Shown: positions 41,131 through 52,148, counted from the stretch's first letter. The stretch is DNA of 64,000 nucleotides from Eledone cirrhosa (GCA_964016885.1 OZ024742.1:146754001-146818000); one strand, 5' to 3'. Notes: generated by a model from the sequence alone, not told the origin. Translations and numbers: made by a program.

Positions 41131-41744
41131 AACGACGAAATATTTGCTTGTTTTACGTAGTCTTTAAATAGACTTGTTTTCAAGTAAAAATATTGTTTTA
41201 AAATGCTTTTAAATGGAAATGAAGCAAAACGGAAGCTTAGTGTTCGAACTGATGAATTTTGCAGGTCAATATTTTGTTGGCTCGACAACTGTTAAAGCCA
41301 GCGTAATTTTTTACGTAAGACGCTCAATGTAAACAGAACAATAACTGATAACAGAAATAACTGATAACTTACGCTCAAAAATCGATACATTATATTCGAT
41401 TTCGTCACATAGGGTGGGTCAATTTGAAATTTTTTTTTCCGATGTCTTTGCTAGGGCTCAATGTACAAGTATAGCAATTTGGGTGCAATTCCGTGAGAGA
41501 TTCTAAGAGGAGATGTGTGCCAAAAATCGATAGACAGACAGACAACCACAGTTTTATATATATAGATTTCCGTAATTGTGGGTGAGTTTGAATAAAATAA
41601 ATAGTCGTTGACCTAAGTTAGACCATTTACAACATTCTTACAGACTTTGAGTCGAATCGGTTTGAAATTGTGCAAATGTATAAACATGGAATATGCACAC
41701 ACACACACAACAACAACAATCTGCCTTTTATAGATAATGATATA

Positions 41745-42150
41745 ATCGTTTCTACTTTAGGCACAAGGCCAGCAATTACCCAGTACATTACTGGTACTTT
41801 ATTTTATCGACCCCGTAAGGATGAAAGGCAAAGTTAACCTCGAAAGGGATTTCAACTCAAACCGTAAAGAGACGTATCTATGCTAGAAAGAATGGCGTCG
41901 AACCCTCTACTGATACTGCCAATTCACCGCCCTCGGTGAATATATATATATAATATTATTATTATCTTATTGGCAGTATTGGTAGAGGGTCGGACGCCAT
42001 GCTTTGACGTATAGAGTTACGGCCCTTGCAATTCTGAGTTCAAATCCCGCCGAGGTTAACTTTGCCTTTCATCCTTACGGGGTCGATAAAATAAAGTACC
42101 AGTAATGCACTGGGTGATTGCTGGCCTTGTGCCAAAAGTAGAAACAATTA
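41745..42150. mobile_element. Head-to-head pair of Nin/Deu-domain SINEs
   Basis: 41745-41935 (-) and 41970-42150 (+) share CGAGGTTAACTTTGCCTTTCATCCTTACGGGGTCGATAAAATAAAGTACCAG. Confidence 0.85.
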
Positions 42151-42159
42151 TTATTATCT

Positions 42160-42600
42160 TCCCCCACTTACACCTGAGAAGGTTGTGGGGGCAGAGTCCC
42201 CAAACACGCCTTCCAGCGGGTCCTGTCAGAAGCAACGATCTGCAACTGATCTGGCTGGATCTCCAAGTGAGACCAGCCAAGCTCATGGATGTTATCAGGG
42301 TCTGCTTCTGGGTCTCCTGCTCTTTGGTTTTGCCCATAAAATCTATCCAGCGATTCTTTCCTGAGACATTCTAACCACATGCCTATAGTACTGAAGCTGT
42401 GATTTTTCAATTTGGAGAAGTAGTGGCTCTACCTGGAGTGACTCTCTGATCTCCAAGCTATGCATTCTGTCGAGTAACATTACTCCAGAAACTCTTTGGA
42501 TGAACCCCATTTTGAAAAATATCTTGCAGTCTTCATTTCATGCCACAAAAACTGGCAATGGGCCTGCAACCTGTCCTGTGAGGCATGGGATGGACGCACA
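42160..42600 (-). mobile_element. RTE-clade LINE 3' fragment
   Basis: Reverse complement is homologous to 20740-21100; (TAA)n tail. Confidence 0.7.
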
Positions 42601-42924
42601 AAGATTGCATATCCTGAGACCCCAAAGAAGGTTTGGTAGGGAGCAAACCTTGATATACATGGGTGCATCTATGTATATAGTATAGGTGATTCAGTGGTGA
42701 ATTATTGATGGCGGTACCAATATGAGCATTCAATGCCCAGGCAGAGTGTATATATTAAACGTCATCGTTTTTTCTTTATATATATGCAAGCGAGAAACAA
42801 CGTTGTTGGTTGCTTCCCCTTGCTTTTACTGTAACTAGGATGTGTGACAACGGTCACAACCTTAAAAAAAATTCATAGCAGAAGGCTGAAAATTTTTTTT
42901 CATAAATATCCTGTATACAACACA

Positions 42925-43265
42925 TACATCATCATTATCATTTCATTTTACGTCCGCTTTTTCCCTGCTTGTAAGGGTGGGATGGGAACTGATTCTGGCT
43001 TGATTTCTACAGCTGGATTTCTACAGCCAACCTCATTTACAGTGAGTGCTGGGTGCTTTTTTGCCGTGGCACCTCCACGACCACTTTGCAGTGGAATGAT
43101 ATGGACCCCCAGTCCCTATCATCTCATTTCTACAGCTGAGTAAACTGGAGCAATGTGAAATAAAGTGTCTTACTCAAGGAAACAACACATCACCCGGTCT
43201 GAGAATTGAACTCACAACCTTTTGATTGCAAGGCCAATGCTCTAACCACTAAGCCATGTGCCTCC
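42925..43265 (-). mobile_element. Full-length tRNA-derived SINE
   Basis: Head GGAGGCACATGGCTTAGTGGTTAGAGCATTGGCCTTGCAATCAAAAGGTTGTGAGTTCAATTCTC; (GAT)n tail. Confidence 0.88.
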
Positions 43266-43509
43266 ATATACATATATATGTATAATGTTATGTTGGACCA
43301 CCATAACTAATTTTTTTAATTTAAGCCTTGCTTGCTACCCCTCTGTCTCAGTGGAAACTAGGTGGATATGCAGCCTTGACAATCATCAACAAGTGAAAAA
43401 CAATGCTGTTGGTTGCTTCCGATTGTTTTTGCTGACACTAAATGGTGGTCACAACCTTAAAAATTCAGAGCAGAAAGCTGTAAAAATGTTTTTCATAAAC
43501 ATCTTATAA

Positions 43510-43560
<51 letters not shown>

Positions 43561-43830
43561 GTGTATGTGTGCTGGCATTAGGGAGGGCATCCAGCTGTAG
43601 AAACCAAGTTAAAATCAATTCTGTATGAGCAAAACACGGTTATCCGACCTCGCTTGTCTCACAACGGGATATCTCGTCTAACCCATGCTAGCATGGAAAA
43701 TGGACATTAAACAGTGATGCAGATGATGATAGGGATATATATATATGTATGTATGTATTTATGTATGTATTTATTTTTTTATGTATGTATGTACGTATGT
43801 ATGTATGGGTATATATGTGTGTGTGCATAC

Positions 43831-43970
43831 ATATGTAGCAGGTGCTTCACTCTGTTGATACACAAAGTTTCCTGCTCTTCACATACATTCAAGTGAAATA
43901 TGTACTATATTTCGCCTCAATGAACATAAACTGTGGAAAATTGTTATTCACAACTGAGTGAGGCACCTGC

Positions 43971-43978
<8 letters not shown>
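43831..43978. mobile_element. MITE-like inverted-repeat element
   Basis: About 27-bp imperfect TIRs ATATGTAGCAGGTGCTTCACTCTGTTG / CAACTGAGTGAGGCACCTGCTGCATAT in a TA context. Confidence 0.6.
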
Positions 43979-44007
<29 letters not shown>

Positions 44008-44008
44008 T

Positions 44009-44367
44009 CAATGATATTAAATAAATGGAAACTATATTTATAAAACCATATTTATTTTATTATATATATTTCAAGGGTACCAAGACACATTGGTACGCTT
44101 TCATCAGATAAAATACAAAGTTTGTTTTATAAATAGAGACATACCCATGAAAATCATACCTTATCGGTTGGATATTCTCTGGATATATTCTTCACTATCC
44201 AGAGAATATCCAACCGATAAGGTATGATTTTCATGGGTATGTCTCTATTTATAAAACAAACTTTGTATTTTATCTGATGAAAGCATACCAATGTGTCTTG
44301 GTACCCTTGAAATATATATAATAAAATAAATATGGTTTTATAAATATAGTTTCCATTTATTTAATAT

Positions 44368-44372
<5 letters not shown>
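44009..44372. mobile_element. Fold-back element A (177-bp arms, 10-nt loop), one hammerhead per arm
   Basis: Arms 44009-44185 and 44196-44372 with one mismatch seen; flanked by (TA)n. Confidence 0.9.
44266..44328 (+). ncRNA. Type I hammerhead ribozyme (element A); mirror copy on the - strand at about 44053-44115
   Basis: TATTTTAT-CTGATGA-AAGCATACCA atgtgtct TGGTACCCTT-GAAA-TATATA-TA-ATAAAATA; 8-bp stem I and palindromic stem III. Confidence 0.8.
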
Positions 44373-44439
<67 letters not shown>

Positions 44440-44483
44440 TATAGATAACAAGGAATCAGTAATACATCAAAACACAATTTATT

Positions 44484-44577
44484 AATACATTACATATGTT
44501 TCTCCGTAGATCAGCTCAAGGCAGGATCTGTTACAGATTGAACCCGACTCTGCATTCACAAGTTCCTCAGATGTATT
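44484..44577 (-). ncRNA. Type I hammerhead ribozyme with extended stem II
   Basis: Reverse complement AATACAT-CTGAGGA-(about 60 nt)-GAAAC ATAT GTA-ATGTATT; 7-bp stem I, palindromic stem III, GUA site. Confidence 0.7.
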
Positions 44578-44620
44578 GTGTATTCAAAGTATCAAGTATC
44601 AAAATATCAAGTATATATAT

Positions 44621-44984
44621 ATATACGATATTAACAAATGGAAACTATATTTATAAAACCATATTTATTTCATTATACATATTTCAAGGAGACCAAGTTA
44701 AATTATGGTGTGCTTTCATCAGACAAAATATAATATAGATCAGTTTTATAAATAAAAATTGACATACCCTTAAAAAATGCAACCATTACTGTTTTGTCTG
44801 ATGAAAGCACACCATAATTTAACTTGGTGTCCTTGAAATATGTATAATGAAATAAATATGGTTTTATAAATATAGTTTCCATTTGTTAATATCGTATATC
44901 TACTCCAAATACTTGTTGAGTGCTTTATATCAGTTATAAAAATATTTGCTTGTTGTATCCCAACAATTTAAATAGAACTTTTGC
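44621..44984 (+). mobile_element. Fold-back element B (108-bp arms plus 3' tail) with hammerheads
   Basis: Arms 44621-44728 and 44792-44899; TTTTGT-CTGATGA-AAGCACACCA taatttaact TGGTGTCCTT-GAAA-TATGTA-TA-ATGAAA at 44792-44852. Confidence 0.85.
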
Positions 44985-45023
<39 letters not shown>

Positions 45024-45100
45024 GTTGACGGCTGAGAGAAAGGAGTATTCAATGCCGAAGTAGAGTTTCAATATTCATTTTATTAAGGCTAAATAGTGAG

Positions 45101-45150
45101 TCTTGTTACTCTGGAGTTTTTCCTGTGTATCATAGGGTCATCAGACAAGA
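45101..45150 (-). ncRNA. Degenerate type I hammerhead
   Basis: Reverse complement TCTTGT-CTGATGA-CCCT atgatacac AGG-AAAAA-CTC ca GAG-TA-ACAAGA; perfect 6-bp stem I, GAAA register disturbed. Confidence 0.55.
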
Positions 45151-45579
45151 ACTATCATCATCATCATCATCACTGTCCAGTTTGCTATGCTAGCATGAGT
45201 TAGACAGGTTGTCCTGTTGTGAGTAATGCCAGATCAGATGACCATGTCTTGCTCCAACAAAACTAATTTTGGCTTGGTTTCCACAGCTGGATGCCCTTCC
45301 TAATGCCAAACACATTTACACTGAGTACTGGTGTTTTTTGTTGTGACACTTACATGACCACTTTATAGTGTGTGTGTGTGTGTGTAATAAAAATAACAAC
45401 TTCATGTATATATATATTTATATACACACCCCATTTATGTTGGATAATTTAACTAATGGATAGATCAAGTCATTCTACTTACCAGATTGTGATGTAATAA
45501 GCAAAAACCCTCAATATTATTTGTCTCATTCATCATTGATGTAGATTCCCATGTTTAATGCAGAAATAAAGTTAAGTAC

Positions 45580-46013
45580 TTCAATGAAAATAGAAAGCTG
45601 GATTCCAAGTATTCCTTTAATTTTGAATAAATACACAATACGTATTTCAATGGTCAGCTTACCTCATCAGATCATGGCATAAGACATCTAGCTATGTCAT
45701 AAGATGTAATTAACATAAAAGATTTAGCAATCATCCACTGGAATACAGCAAAATATAATCAAATGATTGATAAGGAGGCAGTCTATTGATTGATGTGATC
45801 TCATAAATCGACAGACTACCTCCATACTAATCCTTTGGTTATAATAGGTGTAATCCAATAGTTGATTACTAAATCTTTAAAATGGTTTATATTAGTTATA
45901 CCTGATGATGTTGCTGGATGCTTTACTTCATGATCTGATGACATAAGTGGCCATTGCGTATTTATGCAACATTAAAGGAATACTTGGAACCCAGCCTTTT
46001 TTTTTCCATTGAA
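45580..46013. mobile_element. Diverged fold-back element G (about 215-bp arms, centre near 45798)
   Basis: For example GCTGGATTCCAAGTATTCCTTTAAT / ATTAAAGGAATACTTGGAACCCAGC and GGAGGCAGTCT / AGACTACCTCC; CTGATGA on both strands. Confidence 0.75.
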
Positions 46014-46049
46014 ATATATATATGTGTGTGTGTATATATATATATATAT

Positions 46050-46624
46050 ATGATTCGTTTTTGAATTGGTTTTGTGAGATTTCTTATCTGAAAATGTGTG
46101 TTGGAACCGATATTGTTATACTTTGGGAGGGTCATGTTGCCAATAAGAAACACACGCACCAGTTGCTTTCACTTCAATTTATTATAATAAATTTATAAAT
46201 TTCCGGTTGGTTGGTTGGTTCCACAACCAGATGATTGTTTATATATTGTCAAAGTTCTTTCGTCACACATTCTGTGACCTCTTCGGTGACTGGGGATTCT
46301 TTTCTTTGTTTTTGTGCCTCTCCTTTGTTCTGTCCTACGCCATCTTGTTTTTCTTTGATGTTGAATCAAAGAAGATGGATGGCGTAGGACAGAACAAAGG
46401 AGAGGCACAAAAACAAAGAAAAGAATCCCCAGTCACTGAAGAGGTCACAGAATGTGTGACGAAAGAACTTTGACAATATATAAACAATCATCTGGTTGTG
46501 GAACCAACCAACCGGAAATTTATAAATTCCTAAATTTATAAATTTATTATAATAAATTGAAGTGAAAGCAACTGGTGCGTGTGTTTCTTATTGGCAACAT
46601 GACCCTCCCAAAGTATAACAATAT
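46050..46624 (-). mobile_element. Fold-back element D (about 240-bp arms) with hammerhead
   Basis: Arms 46110-46344 and 46378-46624; + strand GTCA-CTGAAGA-G-GTCACA gaatg TGTGAC-GAAAG aa CTT-TGAC at 46432-46474. Confidence 0.85.
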
Positions 46625-46704
46625 ATATATATATACATTTAATTATATTATAGAGTAAAATGACAGGAGGTCAGGCAGGTTGAATTCCCTCAATTATTTA
46701 TTTC

Positions 46705-46775
46705 TGCAAACACTATGCATATTTCAGTGGCCAGGTTATGTATGAACCTGGGGACATCATCAGGTGTATATTGCA
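46705..46775 (-). ncRNA. Type I hammerhead ribozyme
   Basis: Reverse complement TGCAA tat ACAC-CTGATGA-TGTCC CCAGGTT catacat AACCTGG CCACT-GAAA-TATGCA-TA-GTGT TTGCA. Confidence 0.75.
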
Positions 46776-47167
46776 TGATAGTTGTATACCAAAGGAATGA
46801 TGCTAAGCACATTTCAAGAGGTTTTAAGGAAAAAAGCAGAAAAGAAAAAACAGAAGAAAAAAGTTTTTTTTTTTTTTTTTTTTACTCCAAGGTGATCGTA
46901 GTAGCCAGTTGGCTTGTCGCCTATAATATAATATTTAACTCAGTTCCCACAACACCAGCAGGATTCAACATCAAAGATGGATGAGTGGCGTAATGTTCAG
47001 TGCTTTCCTATTATTACATCATGGTTAACATTGCAGAATGACCAATTCTACCCAGTGGTGAACCACCAAATTTCTGTATATATATATATATGTATCATCA
47101 TCATCATCATCATCATTTTACGTCCGCTTTTCCCTGCTGGCAAGGGTGGGACGGTATATATATATAT

Positions 47168-47610
47168 ATATTATTCAAAATATTAACAAATGAAAGATAT
47201 TCACATAATCAAAATATATGCTTTATTATATATATTTCAAAGGTACTGTGTTGTTTTCTTTCAGTACGTCTTCATCAGATAAAATATATGATTTGATATA
47301 TGACATACCGCTACGGTCTTGATTATACAATTCCAGTATTAGCAGTCAATACTGGAATTGTATAATCAAGACTGTAGCGGTATGTCATATATCAAATCAT
47401 ATATTTTATCTGATGAAGACGTACTGAAAGAAAACAACACAGTACCTTTGAAATATATATAATAAAGCATATATTTTGATTATGTGAATATCTTTCATTT
47501 GTTAATATTTTGAATAATATTAAAAACTCCAGGAAAACTTTTTGTTGAGTGCTTTTAATCTATTGTAAAATTGTATTCATTGAGTAATCAACGAACTTTA
47601 TTAGAAGTTA
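47168..47610 (+). mobile_element. Fold-back element C (173-bp arms, 7-nt loop, 3' tail) with hammerheads
   Basis: Arms 47168-47340 and 47348-47520; TTTTAT-CTGATGA-AGACGTACTG (13 nt) CAGTACCTTT-GAAA-TATATA-TA-ATAAAG at 47404-47467. Confidence 0.9.
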
Positions 47611-47739
47611 GTTATCTGTTGTCTCTCTCACATATTTGAAGTTCATAAAATACAGGTACACCCGTTCAGAAGCTCCTGTATGTATTATGATTTCTTCACA
47701 TTTTTATAGCGAAACATAATATTATATATCTTATGTCCA

Positions 47740-48310
47740 GATGTATACTGCACAATAGTCTGAAACCAAACAAGAGAAATAACCTCTAAATCTAATCAAT
47801 AACAGAATACAAAATCAAGGCAAATTAACACCCATTAACACTGAGAAACAACAACAAAAACAGTAAAAAGGTCACACAATATATATTTAACCTTTAACTC
47901 AAAGAACACTGAAATCTCTATACAAATCCAACTAAACTTACAAGAATATATTAGGAACATCTTGGAGAAATATTTGATCATAAAAAGTAAAAGAGTGACA
48001 AAATGTTTTTAAAAAAAATAGTGAGGAATGCAAACTTGTTTAACATAACTAAACTTCTTGAACTAAGCCGACTAAACTGCCAATTATGTAGCTATCTATT
48101 AGGTCCAAAATTTCACTTCAAATTAAAAATATTTTGTGTCAAAGGTTTCCATGAACACCACATTGGTCAAATAGTTATATCACTCTGACAAAGGATGACA
48201 GTGCACCATCAGTAAATTATAGAATAGTGTAAGAGAAAAATGGACTCGGGTCAAAATATTTAGAGTTACAGAGAATGAACCATGCCGAATTTCAGCATTT
48301 TCCCATTCTA
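47740..48310 (+). mobile_element. Second degenerate Penelope-like ORF fragment
   Basis: Nucleotide similarity to 35730-36300; CQLCSY...VKGFHEHHIGQ..SL*QRMTVH is a GIY-YIG remnant. Confidence 0.7.
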
Positions 48311-49395
48311 TCATCATCATCATCATTTCATTTTACGTCCGCTTCTCCCTGCTTGCAAGGGTGGGACGTGAACTGATTCTGGCTTGATTTCTACAGCTGG
48401 AGGCCCTTCCTAACACCAATTTCATTTACAGTGAGTGCTGGGTGCTTTTTTACCGTGGCACCTCTATGACCACTTTGCAGTGGAATGATAGGGACCCCGG
48501 TCCCTATCATCTCATTTCTACAGCTGAGTAAACTGGAGCAATGTGAAATAAAGTGTCTTGCTCAAGGAAACAACACATCACTCGGTCTGAGAATTGAACT
48601 CACAACCTTTGGATTGCAAGGCCAATGCTCAAACCACTAAGCCATGTGCCTCCATCTGTTGTCTCTCTCACATATATATGAATATAGCAATTTAGCAATA
48701 GATCAGCAACATATCAATAAAGAAATTATTTTATATTCAAATACAAACCGAAATTGGTCTTGTGCTTCAGCTTACATACAATCATCATCATCATCATCAT
48801 CACCGTTTTACGTCCGTTCTTCCACGCTAGCATGGGTTAGACGGGTTGTCCTGTTGTGTGCAGTGTCTGGTCGGCTGACCATGCCTTGCTCATACAGGAA
48901 CTGATCTGGCTTGATTTCTACAGCTGGATGCCCTTCCTAACACCAACCTCATTTACAGTGAGTGCTGGGTGCTTTTTCGTGGCGCCTACACGTCCACTTT
49001 ACAGTGTGGGCTGGGTGCTTTTTTGCCGTGGCACCTCCATGACCACCTTGCGGTGGGGGGTGTGGGGGCATATTGTTTATATGCTTCAGCATGTACCCAT
49101 GGGAGGTCGGGTACTCTGTATTACTGCGTGACGCCAGAAGTCACGGTCGTGTGTCATTGTCTTTGAGAGGTGTACTTGGGTAAGGTCGGCTTTTATCACC
49201 TCATCCCAGGTCATCTTGGGTCTCCCCACTCCGCGGTTTCCATCAACTTCTAGTGCTCTGCACCTTTTTATGCAGCTGTCATCCTTCATATATCCTACAA
49301 TATAGAATCCTATTCATATTGAAACCAGAGTTGTGACCCGTGGTACATGTATAAAAGAAAACATTCAGTACATCATCATCATCCCTTTATTATTA

Positions 49396-49433
<38 letters not shown>

Positions 49434-50157
49434 TCATCATCATCATCATCATCATCATCGTTTAATGTCTATCTTCCACGCTAGCATGGGTTGGACAAGA
49501 ATTGTCCCACTTGAGGCAAGATTGGTCAGGTGACCGTGTCTCGCTCGTATGGGACTATCTGGCAGGTTTACTACAGCTGGATGCCCTTCCTAACACCAAC
49601 CACATTTACAGTGTGGGGCTGGGAGCTTTTTACCGTGTTAGCTACACGGTAAAAATATGTGTATATATATGTATGTATATATATATATGTATATATATAT
49701 GTATATATATGTCATCATCATCATCATCATCATCGTTTAACGTCCATATTCCACGCTTGCATGGGTTTGGACGGGAGTTTTCCCACTTGAGGCAAGAGTG
49801 GTTGTCTTGCTTGCATAGGACTGTCTGGCGGGTTTTCTACGGCTGGATGCCCTTCCTAACACCAACCACATTTACAGTGTGGGACTGGGAGGTTTTTACC
49901 GTGTTGCCTACATGGCCACATTACAGCGTGGACTGTATGTTTTTTTGTTGTGACACCTACACGACCTCATTTGTTTCGGCCTGGATGTTGTGGCACCAAC
50001 ATAACTTTACATTGAAAGGGGCGGTGTGGATGGGGTGGTGGTGGTGAGACGGGGGTGTATTTTGTTAGAGGTGCCTACTGACTGCAGTAGGTTTCACTTT
50101 GTATTTAGGTAAGGCGGGTCTTCTCTATTACTGAGTACCGCCAAAGATCTCGGTATG

Positions 50158-50188
<31 letters not shown>

Positions 50189-50858
50189 ATGTGTGTGTTT
50201 GTGTGGCGAGTTCAATTGGGGTAACCACAGGTAAGTAAGGTACATAGCAGGGTATAAATATTTAATATAGAAATGGCTTCTACAGGACTAGAACTGTTTC
50301 CTTCAAATGAAACAATTCTAGTCCTGTAGAAGCCATTCATATATATATATATATATATATATATGGTCACCTGATATATATATATATATATATATATATA
50401 CATGGTCACCTGACCTAGCATTGCCCACAAGACAACCTGCCTAACCCATGCTAGCGTGGAAAAATTTACGTAAAATGGTGATGATGATGATGATGATATA
50501 TATATATAGTTGTGAATTCAATCTCAGACCGGGGTGATGTGTTGTTTCCTTGAGCAAGACACTTTATTTCACATTGCTCCAGTTTACTCAGCTGTAGAAA
50601 TGAGATGATAGAGACTGGGGTCCCTATCATTCCACTGCAAAGTGGTCGTGGAGGTGCCACGGCAAAAAAGCACCCACCACTCACTGTAAATGAGGTTGGT
50701 GTTAGGAAGGGCATCCTGCTGTAGAAATCAAGCCAGAATCAGTTCCCGTATGAGCAAGAGAAGGTCAGCTGACCGGACACTGCCCACAACAGGACAACCC
50801 GTCTAGCCCATGCTAGCGTGGAAGAACGGACGTAAAACGGTGATGATGATGATGAGGA

Positions 50859-50860
<2 letters not shown>
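48310..50860. mobile_element. Dense SINE cluster (about 6 copies or fragments), an RTE 3' fragment and a family E fold-back at 50210-50338
   Basis: Repeated GGATGCCCTTCCTAACACCAAC modules with (ATC)n tails; MKDDSCIKRC..GRPKMTW ORF at 49086-49289. Confidence 0.85.
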
Positions 50861-50908
<48 letters not shown>

Positions 50909-51191
50909 CCATAAAGATTTCTAGTTAATCATATCATCTTCAGTATATTATATATAATATATATAATAGTAGATGGACTATATTTGTAATTCAAAGTTCC
51001 AACATTATCACGCACTGTCATGCAGAATTTCCCTAAGGATTATATTAAAATTCTTTATATTAATCCACCCAAAACCACCAGAAATGATGTTTTCATAACC
51101 AAAGAGAACAGACTTCGGCGATGTAATCATCATTTTGTTTGTTCCCTTGTCTTTAGATGGGATTGCCTCGGAAACGTAGCCTTATTACATA

Positions 51192-51279
51192 AAATGCTGT
51201 CTGATGATATTGTGTGACTGGTTGTATAACAGAACAATCACATAGGCATGATCATCATTGAAATAAGTATCACTGCTTT
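51192..51279 (+). ncRNA. Possible degenerate hammerhead with long stem II
   Basis: GCTGT-CTGATGA-(about 50 nt hairpin)-GAAA-TAAGTA-TC-ACTGC. Confidence 0.35.
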
Positions 51280-51678
51280 ATTAATAAAAGACTTTTTAAC
51301 ATCTAAACCAAACCTTGTATTTTCCTTAGCCTACATATACATATATATACATGAGCCAATTTAAAATTTGTATTTATTGTATATAACATTGTATGTATGT
51401 AGTATTATATAATATATATAATACAATGTCTTAAAACAATTTAGGACATCAAAAATATACTTAGGAATTAAAAACAAGAGCAGCAACTACAACAACAAAA
51501 CAAACAACCTCCCCTTGTCAAACACCAAGTAGAAATACACACACACAAACACACACGTACACACACTTATATACATGTATACACACACTCACACATACAC
51601 ATATACATATATCGACATATACATACTCATACACGCACACTAACACACAGATATATAGACACATATACACTCACAAGC

Positions 51679-51738
<60 letters not shown>

Positions 51739-51989
51739 ATATATACACTCAAATAAAAATACATACATACATGCAAACACATATACATGCATAAATACAT
51801 ACATAAATACATACATACATACATATATACATACATACATATATACATCTTTGAACACACACACACAACACTAAGTAATGTGTAGTAGCTTTAAAATGAT
51901 AAAAAAAGGTTGCATTAGTTATAAATGATGCATTTAATGCACATCATTGCACATTCACTGATTGATTTCATTAAAACACCAATTTACTG

Positions 51990-52101
51990 CAATTACCAAC
52001 CTCTCTACATCTTCTCCCCCTCCTTAGTCACCTTCCCTCGCTCCATTCTCTACATCTTTCTCTCCTCCATTTTCTTCTCTCCATCTCTCACTCCGTCTCC
52101 C

Positions 52102-52148
<47 letters not shown>

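Larger units (their letters stand above)
39248..41567 (+). mobile_element. Non-autonomous Helitron/Helentron-like element(s)
   Basis: Two copies of the 5' end TACTAGCA.TAAAGCCCGGCGTTGCTCGGGGTC (39248 and 40622); internal minisatellites; 3' (GACA)n then TTTTATATATATAGAT. Confidence 0.6.

Noticed and set aside
44009-44372. C/D box snoRNA or miRNA precursor
   Set aside because: TGATGA here is part of the CUGAUGA core with a downstream GAAA, and the arms are far longer and more perfect than pre-miRNAs
44009-47520. Fold-backs as pure sequencing or amplification artefacts
   Set aside because: The arms carry substitutions and indels, an old diverged example exists (45580-46013), and most hairpins coincide with HHR elements; not fully excluded without reads
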